From Candidatus Latescibacterota bacterium (GTDB lineage Bacteria; Latescibacterota; UBA2968), in the NCBI GenBank assembly GCA_965116885.1, contig OZ220741.1:4736001-4800000 (forward strand): a stretch of 64,000 bases of DNA. Direction: 5' to 3'. The translations under genes and the position numbers were made by a program. Of this stretch, positions 30,518 through 39,942 are shown piece by piece; position 1 is the first letter of the stretch; each line of letters starts with the position of its first letter. The notes under the pieces were generated by a model that worked only from the letters and a program-made list of their open reading frames with translations, did not search any database and was not told the DNA's origin.

Positions 30518-31786
30518 TCATCGCAATTGTTCCAACAGGTCCAAAGCCACCTCGACAATCTGCTCGCCACACCCCGGTGCAAAAACGCTCGCCTCTGGCT
30601 CATAGCCCCCTTCTTCATAAGACTGCCTCGTCGGCAAATACCCCACCGAATCATTGGCCAATTCGATCACTATCGTCTGCGAAAACGGAGATCGGGCTTT
30701 CAAATCCAACCCCAGTTCCACCAGCAACTCCCCCGGCACAGCCGCAATCCCCAGGTCCCCAATGCGAAGTGCCTGCACCCATGTCCGCACCCGATTCGGC
30801 ACATCGGTCATGCGCCTGGTTATTCGTCGCACAAAAGCGCGCTCGGCCATCGTGGATCGCTCCATATCTTCAATCCCTCTCACCCTCGCCATATCAGTCT
30901 CCGAAGGCTTTGGCTTGCGCGCCAGAACCACCTCTTGCATCGCCGCCCCAATGGGTACATCGGACGCAAAATCCATCTCATTCCACACCCATAAAACACC
31001 CGCTGCAATCAGCCCCGCCACGCGTTCTGCATGCAGAGAACGATCTTTCACAGGGCGCTTATCCCCCAGCACATCTATATTGTTGATATCCCCACACGCG
31101 CCATTTGAAAGTGCCGCAACAAAAGAAGCATTCCGCATCCGCTGAATCAGCGTTGAAAAAGTCCCAAAATAGTCTGCGGAAATCGAATATGTAGATTGGG
31201 GCACACCGATATAATGCAGCGCGTAATTGGCCAGCAAACCAATCACCTCGCCATCAACGCCCTGAAAACAAATCGCGCCGATCTCCGGATCAATCGGTCC
31301 CATTGGCGCCACCACATCGGAATTGCCCACCCCGGGATTTGTGCGCACCGATCCATCGCGCATGCGATAGCGGCGGTTAAAAACCACGCGGTCCTCAAAA
31401 GCTCGCCCAAACCCCACCTGCGCTGGCTTTCGGTCCTCCCACGCCAGCCTGACCGCATCGGCGATCCGGTCAATCAAAAACGCCGTATAAGCATCTTCGC
31501 CAGTAGCCGCTCCGGTGTGCGTATGCGTGCAAGAAATCAAAACCCGTTCCGCACTCAGTTCCGTCTCAACAGCGATCCGTTCCTTCGCGCGGTCCAGATA
31601 ATCCCGCTTCACCCCGATCAAATCGCACACCACAATCGCCACACCTTCTCCCTCTCGTTCCATCACAAAACTGCGCACATGCAATGGATCGCGCACCTTC
31701 TCGGCGAACCGATCCTCAAACGATCCCGGAATCATCGTACCCAGCGGTGGTGTGATATCCAGACATGCCGTTCCTGCGGTGATCAT
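30518..31786 (-). CDS. Neutral/alkaline ceramidase N-terminal-domain family hydrolase
   Basis: DITPP, RDPLHVR, SCTHTHTG, NYALH, NGACGDIN, VPGELLVELG, GYLPT...GGYE. Confidence 0.85.
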   Translation of the reverse strand: MITAGTACLDITPPLGTMIPGSFEDRFAEKVRDPLHVRSFVMEREGEGVAIVVCDLIGVKRDYLDRAKERIAVETELSAERVLISCTHTHTGAATGEDAYTAFLIDRIADAVRLAWEDRKPAQVGFGRAFEDRVVFNRRYRMRDGSVRTNPGVGNSDVVAPMGPIDPEIGAICFQGVDGEVIGLLANYALHYIGVPQSTYSISADYFGTFSTLIQRMRNASFVAALSNGACGDINNIDVLGDKRPVKDRSLHAERVAGLIAAGVLWVWNEMDFASDVPIGAAMQEVVLARKPKPSETDMARVRGIEDMERSTMAERAFVRRITRRMTDVPNRVRTWVQALRIGDLGIAAVPGELLVELGLDLKARSPFSQTIVIELANDSVGYLPTRQSYEEGGYEPEASVFAPGCGEQIVEVALDLLEQLR

Positions 31787-31804
31787 AGAACACTCCTTTA
31801 GTGG

Positions 31805-32662
31805 TCATTCCATCCCAAACTGCCGCTTCAAAAATTCAACCGTCTCCCTGTAAAACCGCGCCTGAATCGCCCCTTGATCCTCCCCTGCTACATCTTCCCG
31901 CATCCGCACCACGCATTCCACACCCAGCGCATCCATCTTCTCCTTCAGCACCTGCCCGAATATCGGATGGTGGATTCCCTGTCCCGCATCCGGCTCGGGA
32001 TCCATCGGCAAATTTGGCGTGGTGTACCACAACATCACGGGCGGCGCATCTTTAGACACATAATTGATTGCCGAAGCTGCTTTAAACATCGCCCGGGCCT
32101 CTGGCTTGTCGAATTCCTCGGGCGAAAATCCAAAAAATAATTGCAGTGCCTCGTGTGCATACGCCGGCCCCGAAATAATCGTCCGGATAAAATGCGGATC
32201 GTAAGAACACTGCCCCTGCCACGACGCCACGCACGTCAACCGCGTGGATTGTCGGGCCACCGGATCTTCGCTTTTCGGCTTCGCTTCTTCCCCGCGAAAC
32301 CCGATCCACATCGAAATCCCGGCCCCCGCAGATCCACCTCCTGCCGCCACCCGGAAAGCATCCAAATTCCACTCCTCTGCCTTCCGCCGGATAAACTGAA
32401 TCGCCCGCTGGCTGTGCTCCATCGCCGCCGGATACCGATCCGTTCCCGAAAGCGGATAATTGATCGCCACCACCGAAATACCCGCTTCCAAGCAGCCTTT
32501 CAGCAACACCTGCGAAATCCCTGCTTTGTCCCCACCCCGAAATCCCCCACCGTGAATATACACATACACCGGTGTCGGACCTTCCGAATCCGCCTGATAC
32601 AGATCCACCACATCCCGCTCGTGATTCCCATACGCCACATCTTTAAAAGTCGGTTCGTCCAT
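31805..32662 (-). CDS. Alpha/beta hydrolase (HSL-like esterase)
   Basis: IHGGGF oxyanion motif, GGSAG nucleophile elbow. Confidence 0.9.
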   Translation of the reverse strand: MDEPTFKDVAYGNHERDVVDLYQADSEGPTPVYVYIHGGGFRGGDKAGISQVLLKGCLEAGISVVAINYPLSGTDRYPAAMEHSQRAIQFIRRKAEEWNLDAFRVAAGGGSAGAGISMWIGFRGEEAKPKSEDPVARQSTRLTCVASWQGQCSYDPHFIRTIISGPAYAHEALQLFFGFSPEEFDKPEARAMFKAASAINYVSKDAPPVMLWYTTPNLPMDPEPDAGQGIHHPIFGQVLKEKMDALGVECVVRMREDVAGEDQGAIQARFYRETVEFLKRQFGME

Positions 32663-32684
32663 TGTTCCCCCTTAAAAATCTCAG

Positions 32685-33500
32685 TTATACATCCTCGAAA
32701 TTGTACGTATAAGGTTTCCGATAGCATTGGTCGAGCTTACCGCGCCACTCGCCTAAAACGCCCCGCAGATCGGCATTCCGTATATTCTGGAGAAACCATT
32801 CGGGAACCTCGTAATGCCGCATATTGCAGTAGAAGGGCGGAATAAATGTATAAGTCATCGAATACCGAGTATTCTCGGTCAGGATATGGGGCGCCGAATG
32901 CATCAGCGATTCCGTAAACAAGAAGGCGTCTCCCGCGCTACAAGTGGCCTCAATAGGCTCACAGAACTTACTCACTGCCGCGTAGTCACCATGAACCTTG
33001 TGCGACTTATCCATGGCCCAGGTCCCACCATCACCAGGTCCCACATCCGTCAGGAACAGAAAAAAATTCAGATAAGGGAAATGATGTATTCCCGGGTGAT
33101 ACTCATCTTCGTACATTCCCCACTTTGGCGCACTGCCGCGATGCCAGCCCTTCTTATAGCTCATGTCTTGCTTGTATTTTTGGACCTCTTTAGCGTTATG
33201 ACGAAAATCAGCAGGTCGCTTGATAAAAGCCCAGGAATTCTTGAGTGTGGCTGCAATGCCGCCGATCTCGGTGTAAGCTTCCAGAATGCAGGGGATTTTG
33301 ATGAACTCGATAAAAGAGTCGTCCCGAAGAATGAGGGTATCTATTCGAGTGGTCGTCATGTCATTGCCCGTCAGCGACCAAATACCAGACGCGATGCGAT
33401 CTAACGTGGACTTATAAGCGTTTATTTTTTTTGCATCCAATACGCCCTCCAGCCGCACCCAACCGTGTTCTTCAAAATGCTGACGCATTTCTGATATCAT
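32685..33500 (-). CDS. PhyH-family dioxygenase with non-canonical HxG motif
   Basis: FEEHGWV, WHRG, LTDVGPGDGGT, AGDAFLFTESLMHS, RYS. Confidence 0.8.
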   Translation of the reverse strand: MISEMRQHFEEHGWVRLEGVLDAKKINAYKSTLDRIASGIWSLTGNDMTTTRIDTLILRDDSFIEFIKIPCILEAYTEIGGIAATLKNSWAFIKRPADFRHNAKEVQKYKQDMSYKKGWHRGSAPKWGMYEDEYHPGIHHFPYLNFFLFLTDVGPGDGGTWAMDKSHKVHGDYAAVSKFCEPIEATCSAGDAFLFTESLMHSAPHILTENTRYSMTYTFIPPFYCNMRHYEVPEWFLQNIRNADLRGVLGEWRGKLDQCYRKPYTYNFEDV

Positions 33501-35776
33501 AACCCTCTCCTATTAACCCAGATTGGACTCGACCATGCGAAATCGCCCTGTGCCACCTGCAAATTACCACAGCGCCCACCCATCGGCACCCGGCGAAGTG
33601 GCTTTAGTCGTACCTCTACATAATAAAAATGTTCTCCAACACCTGGCTCGTCCTCAAACCTCAAAACGGCCTGTTGTTTTCCGACCCATTGCTCCTGTAC
33701 CTGCTCTCCATCCCTGAACAGCGCAATCTCCTGCACCATTCGGGATGCCTGTACCCTGCAGATTAAGTGTACCTGCCCAGCCACCCTCACCCCCGATCCC
33801 ATCGGCATTCCGTTCACCCGTACATCCATCATAACACGAGCACCGTTGGTGGCAAAACACCGCCGTGCCCACAGGGCTTCAAATAGCGCCTCCCGGGTCA
33901 GAGCCTCCGCCCACACACCCGTCAGAGCACCGCCCATCCCGGGCACAATCCGATGGGAATCGCTATTCCCCATAAACGCCAGGCGATAGCCCTGCCGCAG
34001 TGCCTTTGGAATCGTATCCCGCATCTGAATGTAAATATCCCAGCACGAACACAGTTCCACCCCCCCGAGCCGACTGCTCGGAATCACCCACCAGGTGGGA
34101 TGGTGCGGAAATGTGAACGCCCGCGTCCTCTCCATCGCTGCCACCCACTTCTCCAGTGTATCCGCATCGGACTCGGTAAAATGATACAGCGGCACTTCTC
34201 CGTCCGGAAATAGCATAATCCGATGATTCGGTCCGCTCTCCGATTCCTTGCGATAGGTGCGTTCATAGGCGGGGACAGCCACAAATCGTCCCGGATCGTC
34301 AAAGTGATCGGCCTCCGCCAGGATCAACTCGAGCTCAGATGGCGTGAGAATATTATCGTAAAGCGCATCATTATCCGTCACCGCCATAAAATCCAGCCGT
34401 GCCTTGTAGCGCCCATACGCGTAATTCTCGTCGATCTCGCCCTCTGCATCACCCGACAGATTGCCGTGACAATGGAGATCTCCCCAATAAAGCTTATAGG
34501 TCTTTCCCCCCACCTTTATTTCGGGCCGCCGATCAAAAACAGGCGGTTCGGGCAGTCGGATCGGCCGCCACGACCGCCACGCCGAAGCCGGACGTTCCTC
34601 CACGGGCTGCGCCCGATCCAGTGGCAAATACCCGGCACAGATATCCGCATAATATCGCCCTTCGGAAATCTGGGCGGCAAACGGCAACCTCCCATCCACC
34701 ACAGGTAAATCTCCGTTCACCGTATAGGCGTGTACCTGCCCATCCACCTCACAGGACCGCCCCTGATTTCTCCCGGTCAGGGGACGAGCGTAAAACAGCG
34801 CATCTGGACCGTGCCGGTTGACCAACTCGTCCTCTTTGCGCTCGTACAGAACCCAGACATCCCCATCCGTCTCCCGCACAATCTGCGGCCGTCGCCGCCA
34901 TCCCACAAATCCCATATAATGCTCGCGCCCCAGCAATCCATCGTAGAGATGCGCCACATACCCTTCGGGCATAGTGCGATCCGATCCCCTATAGGGTGTC
35001 CAGGACCGGCCATCAAAATGCGAAGCCATCGCCTCCACTTTGTGATCCACAAAACCTTTGGGATGGATCACATCGCGCGTGACCGTCCACGTCGCCCAGA
35101 CCCCGTCTGATCCGTCGGGACACAACCTCGGAAACAACTCCCAGTCATCTGTAAGCGAAAACTTCCTCGGCTTTCCAATCCCATCCGGCGTCCACTTTCT
35201 CAAAAACAGATCACATGCCCCATTTCGGAGCGTCTGGTAAGCCACCCAAGCACCCCCGGCATGACCACACAGCACGGGTCGATAGTGATCTCCCCCACCC
35301 AGCGACAGATCCACGGCTTCAGTCCAGTGACCCCCATCCAGACATCGCCCAAATATCCGACGCCTTTTACCCACCAGCGCAGTCCAGACTACCCATATCC
35401 TACCCTCACCATCTGAAGTCACATTTGGGAAAGCCAGACTCGCATCCGCTTCTGCCAGTCGCACCACCTCGCCCATTTCGCCAGCAGATCGGGCCAGCAC
35501 GCACCACCGTCCCTCCCGCACAGCGCACCACACCACCCACACGGCATCACCCCCACACGCAATCCGCGGCTGAAAATTGATCCCCGCCTCTTCGCTCACC
35601 GATAGCAGAGGACCTCGCTGCTGACCATTAAAAGACCGCGCCAGAATCCGATCTTCTTTGGGCCTGTACCCGTGCCAGGCCACCCAGAACCGACCAGACC
35701 CATCCACAGTCAGCGCCGGATCTTTATCCACATGCCCGCGGCGATGCTCCGACAATCGAATTTGCAAACGCCCCAT
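33497..35776 (-). CDS. PHP-fold metallohydrolase (DUF3604/CehA-McbA-like) with N-terminal beta-propeller
   Basis: WGDLHCH, LDFMAVTD, NHR, GNSDSH, ARRCFAT, AWSSPIWV; likely start ATG 35776 (MGRLQ). Confidence 0.8.
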   Translation of the reverse strand: MGRLQIRLSEHRRGHVDKDPALTVDGSGRFWVAWHGYRPKEDRILARSFNGQQRGPLLSVSEEAGINFQPRIACGGDAVWVVWCAVREGRWCVLARSAGEMGEVVRLAEADASLAFPNVTSDGEGRIWVVWTALVGKRRRIFGRCLDGGHWTEAVDLSLGGGDHYRPVLCGHAGGAWVAYQTLRNGACDLFLRKWTPDGIGKPRKFSLTDDWELFPRLCPDGSDGVWATWTVTRDVIHPKGFVDHKVEAMASHFDGRSWTPYRGSDRTMPEGYVAHLYDGLLGREHYMGFVGWRRRPQIVRETDGDVWVLYERKEDELVNRHGPDALFYARPLTGRNQGRSCEVDGQVHAYTVNGDLPVVDGRLPFAAQISEGRYYADICAGYLPLDRAQPVEERPASAWRSWRPIRLPEPPVFDRRPEIKVGGKTYKLYWGDLHCHGNLSGDAEGEIDENYAYGRYKARLDFMAVTDNDALYDNILTPSELELILAEADHFDDPGRFVAVPAYERTYRKESESGPNHRIMLFPDGEVPLYHFTESDADTLEKWVAAMERTRAFTFPHHPTWWVIPSSRLGGVELCSCWDIYIQMRDTIPKALRQGYRLAFMGNSDSHRIVPGMGGALTGVWAEALTREALFEALWARRCFATNGARVMMDVRVNGMPMGSGVRVAGQVHLICRVQASRMVQEIALFRDGEQVQEQWVGKQQAVLRFEDEPGVGEHFYYVEVRLKPLRRVPMGGRCGNLQVAQGDFAWSSPIWVNRRGL

Positions 35777-35816
35777 ACTCCGCAATCCTTTCGTGAAACG
35801 TCCCCTTCCAAAAACC

Positions 35817-36854
35817 CTACGGTGTTTGAAATTTTCGGAACTTTGTCCGAAACCTCGGTGTTTCAAGCACATCACGGTTCACCACAGCCTCGGGAATCTC
35901 ACCCCGAAGAATCTGCGCGGCCTGACGGAATTTATCGCGCCAGGCACCTTCAAAGTATTCATCGGTATGCCCCAGAGAGTGCGGGGATACGACGACATTA
36001 TCCATTTTGAGAATCGGATTGTTGGGATCAACAGGCTCCTGTTCGAACACATCCAATCCGGCCCCTCGAATCCATCCCTGCTGCAGCGCCTGAATGAGCG
36101 CTGCTTCGTCAACAACTGAGCCGCGCGAGGTGTTGATCAGGTAGGCCGTGGATTTCATTTTGCGCAATTCTTCTTTCCCAATCAGATGGTGTGTCTCTGC
36201 GCTAAATGGAACGCTGATGCTCAGGAAGTCGGACTCGGACAGAATCGTATCCATATCTACCAGATCTGCGCCGATATCGGACACAGCGTCCTGTTCTACG
36301 TAGGGGTCACAGGCAAGGTGCCGCATCCCGAACGGTCTGGCCAGTAAAAACATCTCATGGCCGATGTTGCCGACGCCGATGGAACCGAGGGTCTTGCCGG
36401 TCAGACCTTCACCGTGATACGCATCCCGTTCCGACCAGCGTCCCTGGCGGGTTATTCTGTCTTTGTTAATCAGTCGCATCGCGAGCGCCAGAATGAAGGT
36501 GATGATAGTACAGGCCATTGGCCGGCGAACCGCGTCGGGAGCAAAGCAGAGCATGACGCCCGCCTGGGTGAGAGCCTGAACATCGAGGTGGTCGTATCCC
36601 ACGCCGGTGTAGAGGACTGCGATCAGTTGGTCGTTTTCCGCAAGTGAGCGCTTTGTCCAGTGAGCGGTCCAGGAGATAACCATATCACATCCACGTATCT
36701 GTTCGGCGCCGACTTCTGGCAGAAACCGATCAAATATCCGGTACTCGACTTCGGGCATCTCATTGAACAGTTCCAGCCCCGGGCCGGGAATGGCCAGATT
36801 TCCAGCCGGATCAAAGAAATCTCTGGTAATTCCGAGTCTGACTTTCCTCTCCAT
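35817..36854 (-). CDS. D-isomer-specific 2-hydroxyacid dehydrogenase
   Basis: GVGYDHLD, GSIGVGNIG, LINTSRG, LDVFEQEP, SPH. Confidence 0.93.
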   Translation of the reverse strand: MERKVRLGITRDFFDPAGNLAIPGPGLELFNEMPEVEYRIFDRFLPEVGAEQIRGCDMVISWTAHWTKRSLAENDQLIAVLYTGVGYDHLDVQALTQAGVMLCFAPDAVRRPMACTIITFILALAMRLINKDRITRQGRWSERDAYHGEGLTGKTLGSIGVGNIGHEMFLLARPFGMRHLACDPYVEQDAVSDIGADLVDMDTILSESDFLSISVPFSAETHHLIGKEELRKMKSTAYLINTSRGSVVDEAALIQALQQGWIRGAGLDVFEQEPVDPNNPILKMDNVVVSPHSLGHTDEYFEGAWRDKFRQAAQILRGEIPEAVVNRDVLETPRFRTKFRKFQTP

Positions 36855-36889
36855 ATATCCTCTCCTGAATTCTTACTGGAGATCCCCGT

Positions 36890-37666
36890 TTACGGAATCG
36901 CCATTCTGAAAATGGGGTGATTATCGGATGCGTTTGAAAGACACCCGTGGCGATTCACAAGCGGGATCATATCCGTAGTAATGTGATCCACGTTGATATA
37001 GCGGTAGATCAGGGAACGGCGCCGGTTAGAAGACGTGTTGGAATCAGAGCCGTGGGGCAGGCACAGGTGAAAAAAGAGGGCATCACCCGCATTCAGAACA
37101 ACGGGCACGGCATCGGTGGTATCAAATTCTCCCTCGTCAAACCAGGGCTGGTCCGAATTGGGGCGTTTCAGGATGCCCTGCCGGTGCAAACCGGGCACGA
37201 CTTGAAGACAGCCGTTTTCCGGAGTCGCCTCATCTACAGCGATCCAGACAGTGGCAACTGGGAGAGGTATTGAACAAAAATAAGGCGCGTCCTGATGCCA
37301 GGCATGGGCAGACCCGTAGAAAGCGGGTTTGAGTTGGGCTTCGTCGCCGAAAAAACGCAGGTTATCGCCCAGAATATCCCGCATACACGACAGAATGGGT
37401 TCACAGGTAGCCACAGACCGAAAGAAAGAATCGTGCCGGACGACGCGGCTGACTTTGCGAATGCGGTTCAGGGGATTATCGGGACGAATATCCAGGCGCT
37501 GGACCTCGGGTTCGACCTGCACGGCAATCCCGGAATCGAGTTGCCCGAGCGCAGCGCGATCCAGGTGATCGGCGATCTCTTTGAGAAGCCCCGGCGGAAT
37601 GAGTCCCTCTACAATGGTAAAACCATCTGCGTGGTAATCCCGGATTTGATCTGGAGTGAGAGTCAT
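36890..37666 (-). CDS. PhyH-family Fe(II)/2OG dioxygenase
   Basis: WHQD, VWIAVDEATPENGCL, PHGS, NRRR. Confidence 0.92.
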   Translation of the reverse strand: MTLTPDQIRDYHADGFTIVEGLIPPGLLKEIADHLDRAALGQLDSGIAVQVEPEVQRLDIRPDNPLNRIRKVSRVVRHDSFFRSVATCEPILSCMRDILGDNLRFFGDEAQLKPAFYGSAHAWHQDAPYFCSIPLPVATVWIAVDEATPENGCLQVVPGLHRQGILKRPNSDQPWFDEGEFDTTDAVPVVLNAGDALFFHLCLPHGSDSNTSSNRRRSLIYRYINVDHITTDMIPLVNRHGCLSNASDNHPIFRMAIP

Positions 37667-37752
37667 AAAAACCTACCTTTTTTAATCCTGGATGGGTCTT
37701 TATCTACATGCCCGCGGCGATGCTCTGACAATCGAATTTGCAAACGCCCCAT
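37663..37752 (-). other. 29-aa mini-ORF formed from a duplicated 5' end of the PHP hydrolase gene
   Basis: MGRLQIRLSEHRRGHVDKDPSRIKKGRFL; 37697-37758 is 60/62 identical to 35721-35782; GAGGAG RBS; its TGA overlaps ATG 37666. Confidence 0.75.
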
Positions 37753-37862
37753 ACTCCGATCTCCTCGAAATCATCCCAAGGGTCTCAAGATGACTTTTAT
37801 TTTCGGGAATAATTTGTATATTGCTCATAAGAACTCTGATACAATTCCCGGAGAAACCAACA

Positions 37863-39113
37863 GTGACAACAAACACCATTCGCGTGGGCATCATCGGAAC
37901 TGGCAGCCGCGGCATCAACTGTATTGGCCATCAAATTGCCGAACAAGCCAGTGACCTGGACATCACAATCACCGCCTTCTGCAACCGCACAGAAAGCCGC
38001 ATGCACATCGCCCTTGAAGATGTGAATAGAATCGCGACAGCAGCGGGCAACAGTATCTTTTCTCCCACCTTCTACAGCGATCCAATAGCCCTGATCTCGG
38101 ACGACAACGTAGATCTGGTCGTCATCACCACGCCCACGGCAGCCCATCGCGAAGCCGCAATACCCGCACTGCGCTCGGGCAAAAAAGTCTATCTGGACAA
38201 GCCCATTGCACATACGCTTGAAGATGCCATAGCCATTCAAAAAGAAGAGTACAAAACAAATAATCCGATGATCATGGGTTTTACCAGACGCTATGAACAG
38301 CCCTGGATAGAACTCTACAACCTGCTGAAAAGCGGTGTCATCGGCGACCTCAAAATGATGCTCATCCGCTCTGTAATCCCCTACACGCATTATTTTATGA
38401 CCTGGCACCGCACGCGTGCCTTGAGCGGTGGTGCGCTCAACGACAAGGCATCGCACTACACGGACGTATTCAACTGGTTTGCGGGCGGCCACTGTCTCCA
38501 GGTCAACGCCTTTGGGGGACGCAACCTCTTTGAAGTGCGCGAAGACGCCCCCGAATTTTGTGCCGTCTGCGACGACTGGACCTGTCCCTATCGAGCGGAG
38601 TTGGTCGAAACGGGTACACAGGATCAGGCCCGGGGCGCGATTGACCAGACCTTCGCCCAGGAAACCGATCCCATGCGCCGAAAAGACAACTGCGTATATA
38701 AACCCGGCGCAGACATCTTCGACCACGCATCCATCCACTTCCAGTACGACAACGGAATCGTCGCCTCCATCTTCTACGCCATTTACGGTCCCCAAGCCGA
38801 AGACGAAGAAACCTTTGAACTCGTCGGCACAAAAGGCCGAATGATCCTGACGCGCCTGAAAGGCGAAATCGACCTCGTAACGGACTATGGGGAACGCAGA
38901 GAAGAAATCATACAATGCAAAGCCGAAGCCTTTGAAACCTCTCACTTCGGTGCAGACCGCAAACTGATTCAGGAAATTGCCAAATTTGCCCGCGGCGGTC
39001 CATCCCCAGTAGATGGACAATACGGCATGGAAGCCACGCGAATGATCCTATCTGCAATGCAATCCATCGACCAGGGCGGCGAAACCATCCGCCTCACCAA
39101 CGGATCAATATAA
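37863..39113 (+). CDS. Gfo/Idh/MocA family oxidoreductase
   Basis: VGIIGTG, VYLDKPIA, GFTRRY, GGALNDKASHYTD; GTG 37863 after GGAG. Confidence 0.92.
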   Translation: MTTNTIRVGIIGTGSRGINCIGHQIAEQASDLDITITAFCNRTESRMHIALEDVNRIATAAGNSIFSPTFYSDPIALISDDNVDLVVITTPTAAHREAAIPALRSGKKVYLDKPIAHTLEDAIAIQKEEYKTNNPMIMGFTRRYEQPWIELYNLLKSGVIGDLKMMLIRSVIPYTHYFMTWHRTRALSGGALNDKASHYTDVFNWFAGGHCLQVNAFGGRNLFEVREDAPEFCAVCDDWTCPYRAELVETGTQDQARGAIDQTFAQETDPMRRKDNCVYKPGADIFDHASIHFQYDNGIVASIFYAIYGPQAEDEETFELVGTKGRMILTRLKGEIDLVTDYGERREEIIQCKAEAFETSHFGADRKLIQEIAKFARGGPSPVDGQYGMEATRMILSAMQSIDQGGETIRLTNGSI

Positions 39114-39123
39114 AGGAGGAAAA

Positions 39124-39942
39124 ATGACACCCATACCCATGACCGACGAGCAAAAATTCTTCTTCGACCTTCGCGGCTGGATCCTGCTACCATCTATATT
39201 ATCAGCAGCCGAAATAGAAGAGATGAAAGCCGAAGTATATGCCGGCGCCAGGCGAAGTTATGAGGGCGCACTTCAGAACCTGCTGGACCACCCGGCAATC
39301 GTCGGCATTCTAAACGAAATCCTATCCGAAGACCCCTTTGTGAAAGACGACTGCTACGGCTTCCGCTGCGAAGGCTCCTTCACCACCGTGCGGCCTCCCG
39401 GATGGGACAAATCGGAACGGGGAGACAACGGCATGCCCCACGTCGTGCGTCCACCCCAGCGAGCCAACGCCATGCGCTATCAGGTCGCGGGAAATAAAAT
39501 TTTTGCCGGGCTGACCCGGGTCGTGTGGGAACTCGAGGAAGTGGTGGCAGGACAGGGCGGCACCTCTTTTCTCAGCGGGTCACACAAAGCGCACTTCAGT
39601 TACGGCGGTCCGGATCCGTTTCGACCAAATATCGGCGGCTCACCCTATGAATCCAGCATGAGAGACACAATGGAAGATTATAGCTGTCCCGCAGGCTCGG
39701 TGGTTATCTTCACAGAAAGCCTGATCCACGCGGCCAACGACTGGATCAACCCGAACAACCCGAGATGCGCGGTCTTCAACTGCTACAACTCCATCTGGGC
39801 GCAGTGGCACCGCCTCAACCTCGACCACGAAACAATCGAAGCCATGCCCCCGATGCGGCGAACGCTCTTCCGCGGCACCTGGGCAATCGGCGGCGGTCCC
39901 AATGGAAACCGCGAGTACTCGCTGGATAACAGAACCGTCTAA
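39124..39942 (+). CDS. PhyH-family protein, non-canonical triad (PHVV)
   Basis: QKFFFDLRGW, LLDHP, VVWEL, GSHK, FTESLIHA. Confidence 0.8.
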   Translation: MTPIPMTDEQKFFFDLRGWILLPSILSAAEIEEMKAEVYAGARRSYEGALQNLLDHPAIVGILNEILSEDPFVKDDCYGFRCEGSFTTVRPPGWDKSERGDNGMPHVVRPPQRANAMRYQVAGNKIFAGLTRVVWELEEVVAGQGGTSFLSGSHKAHFSYGGPDPFRPNIGGSPYESSMRDTMEDYSCPAGSVVIFTESLIHAANDWINPNNPRCAVFNCYNSIWAQWHRLNLDHETIEAMPPMRRTLFRGTWAIGGGPNGNREYSLDNRTV

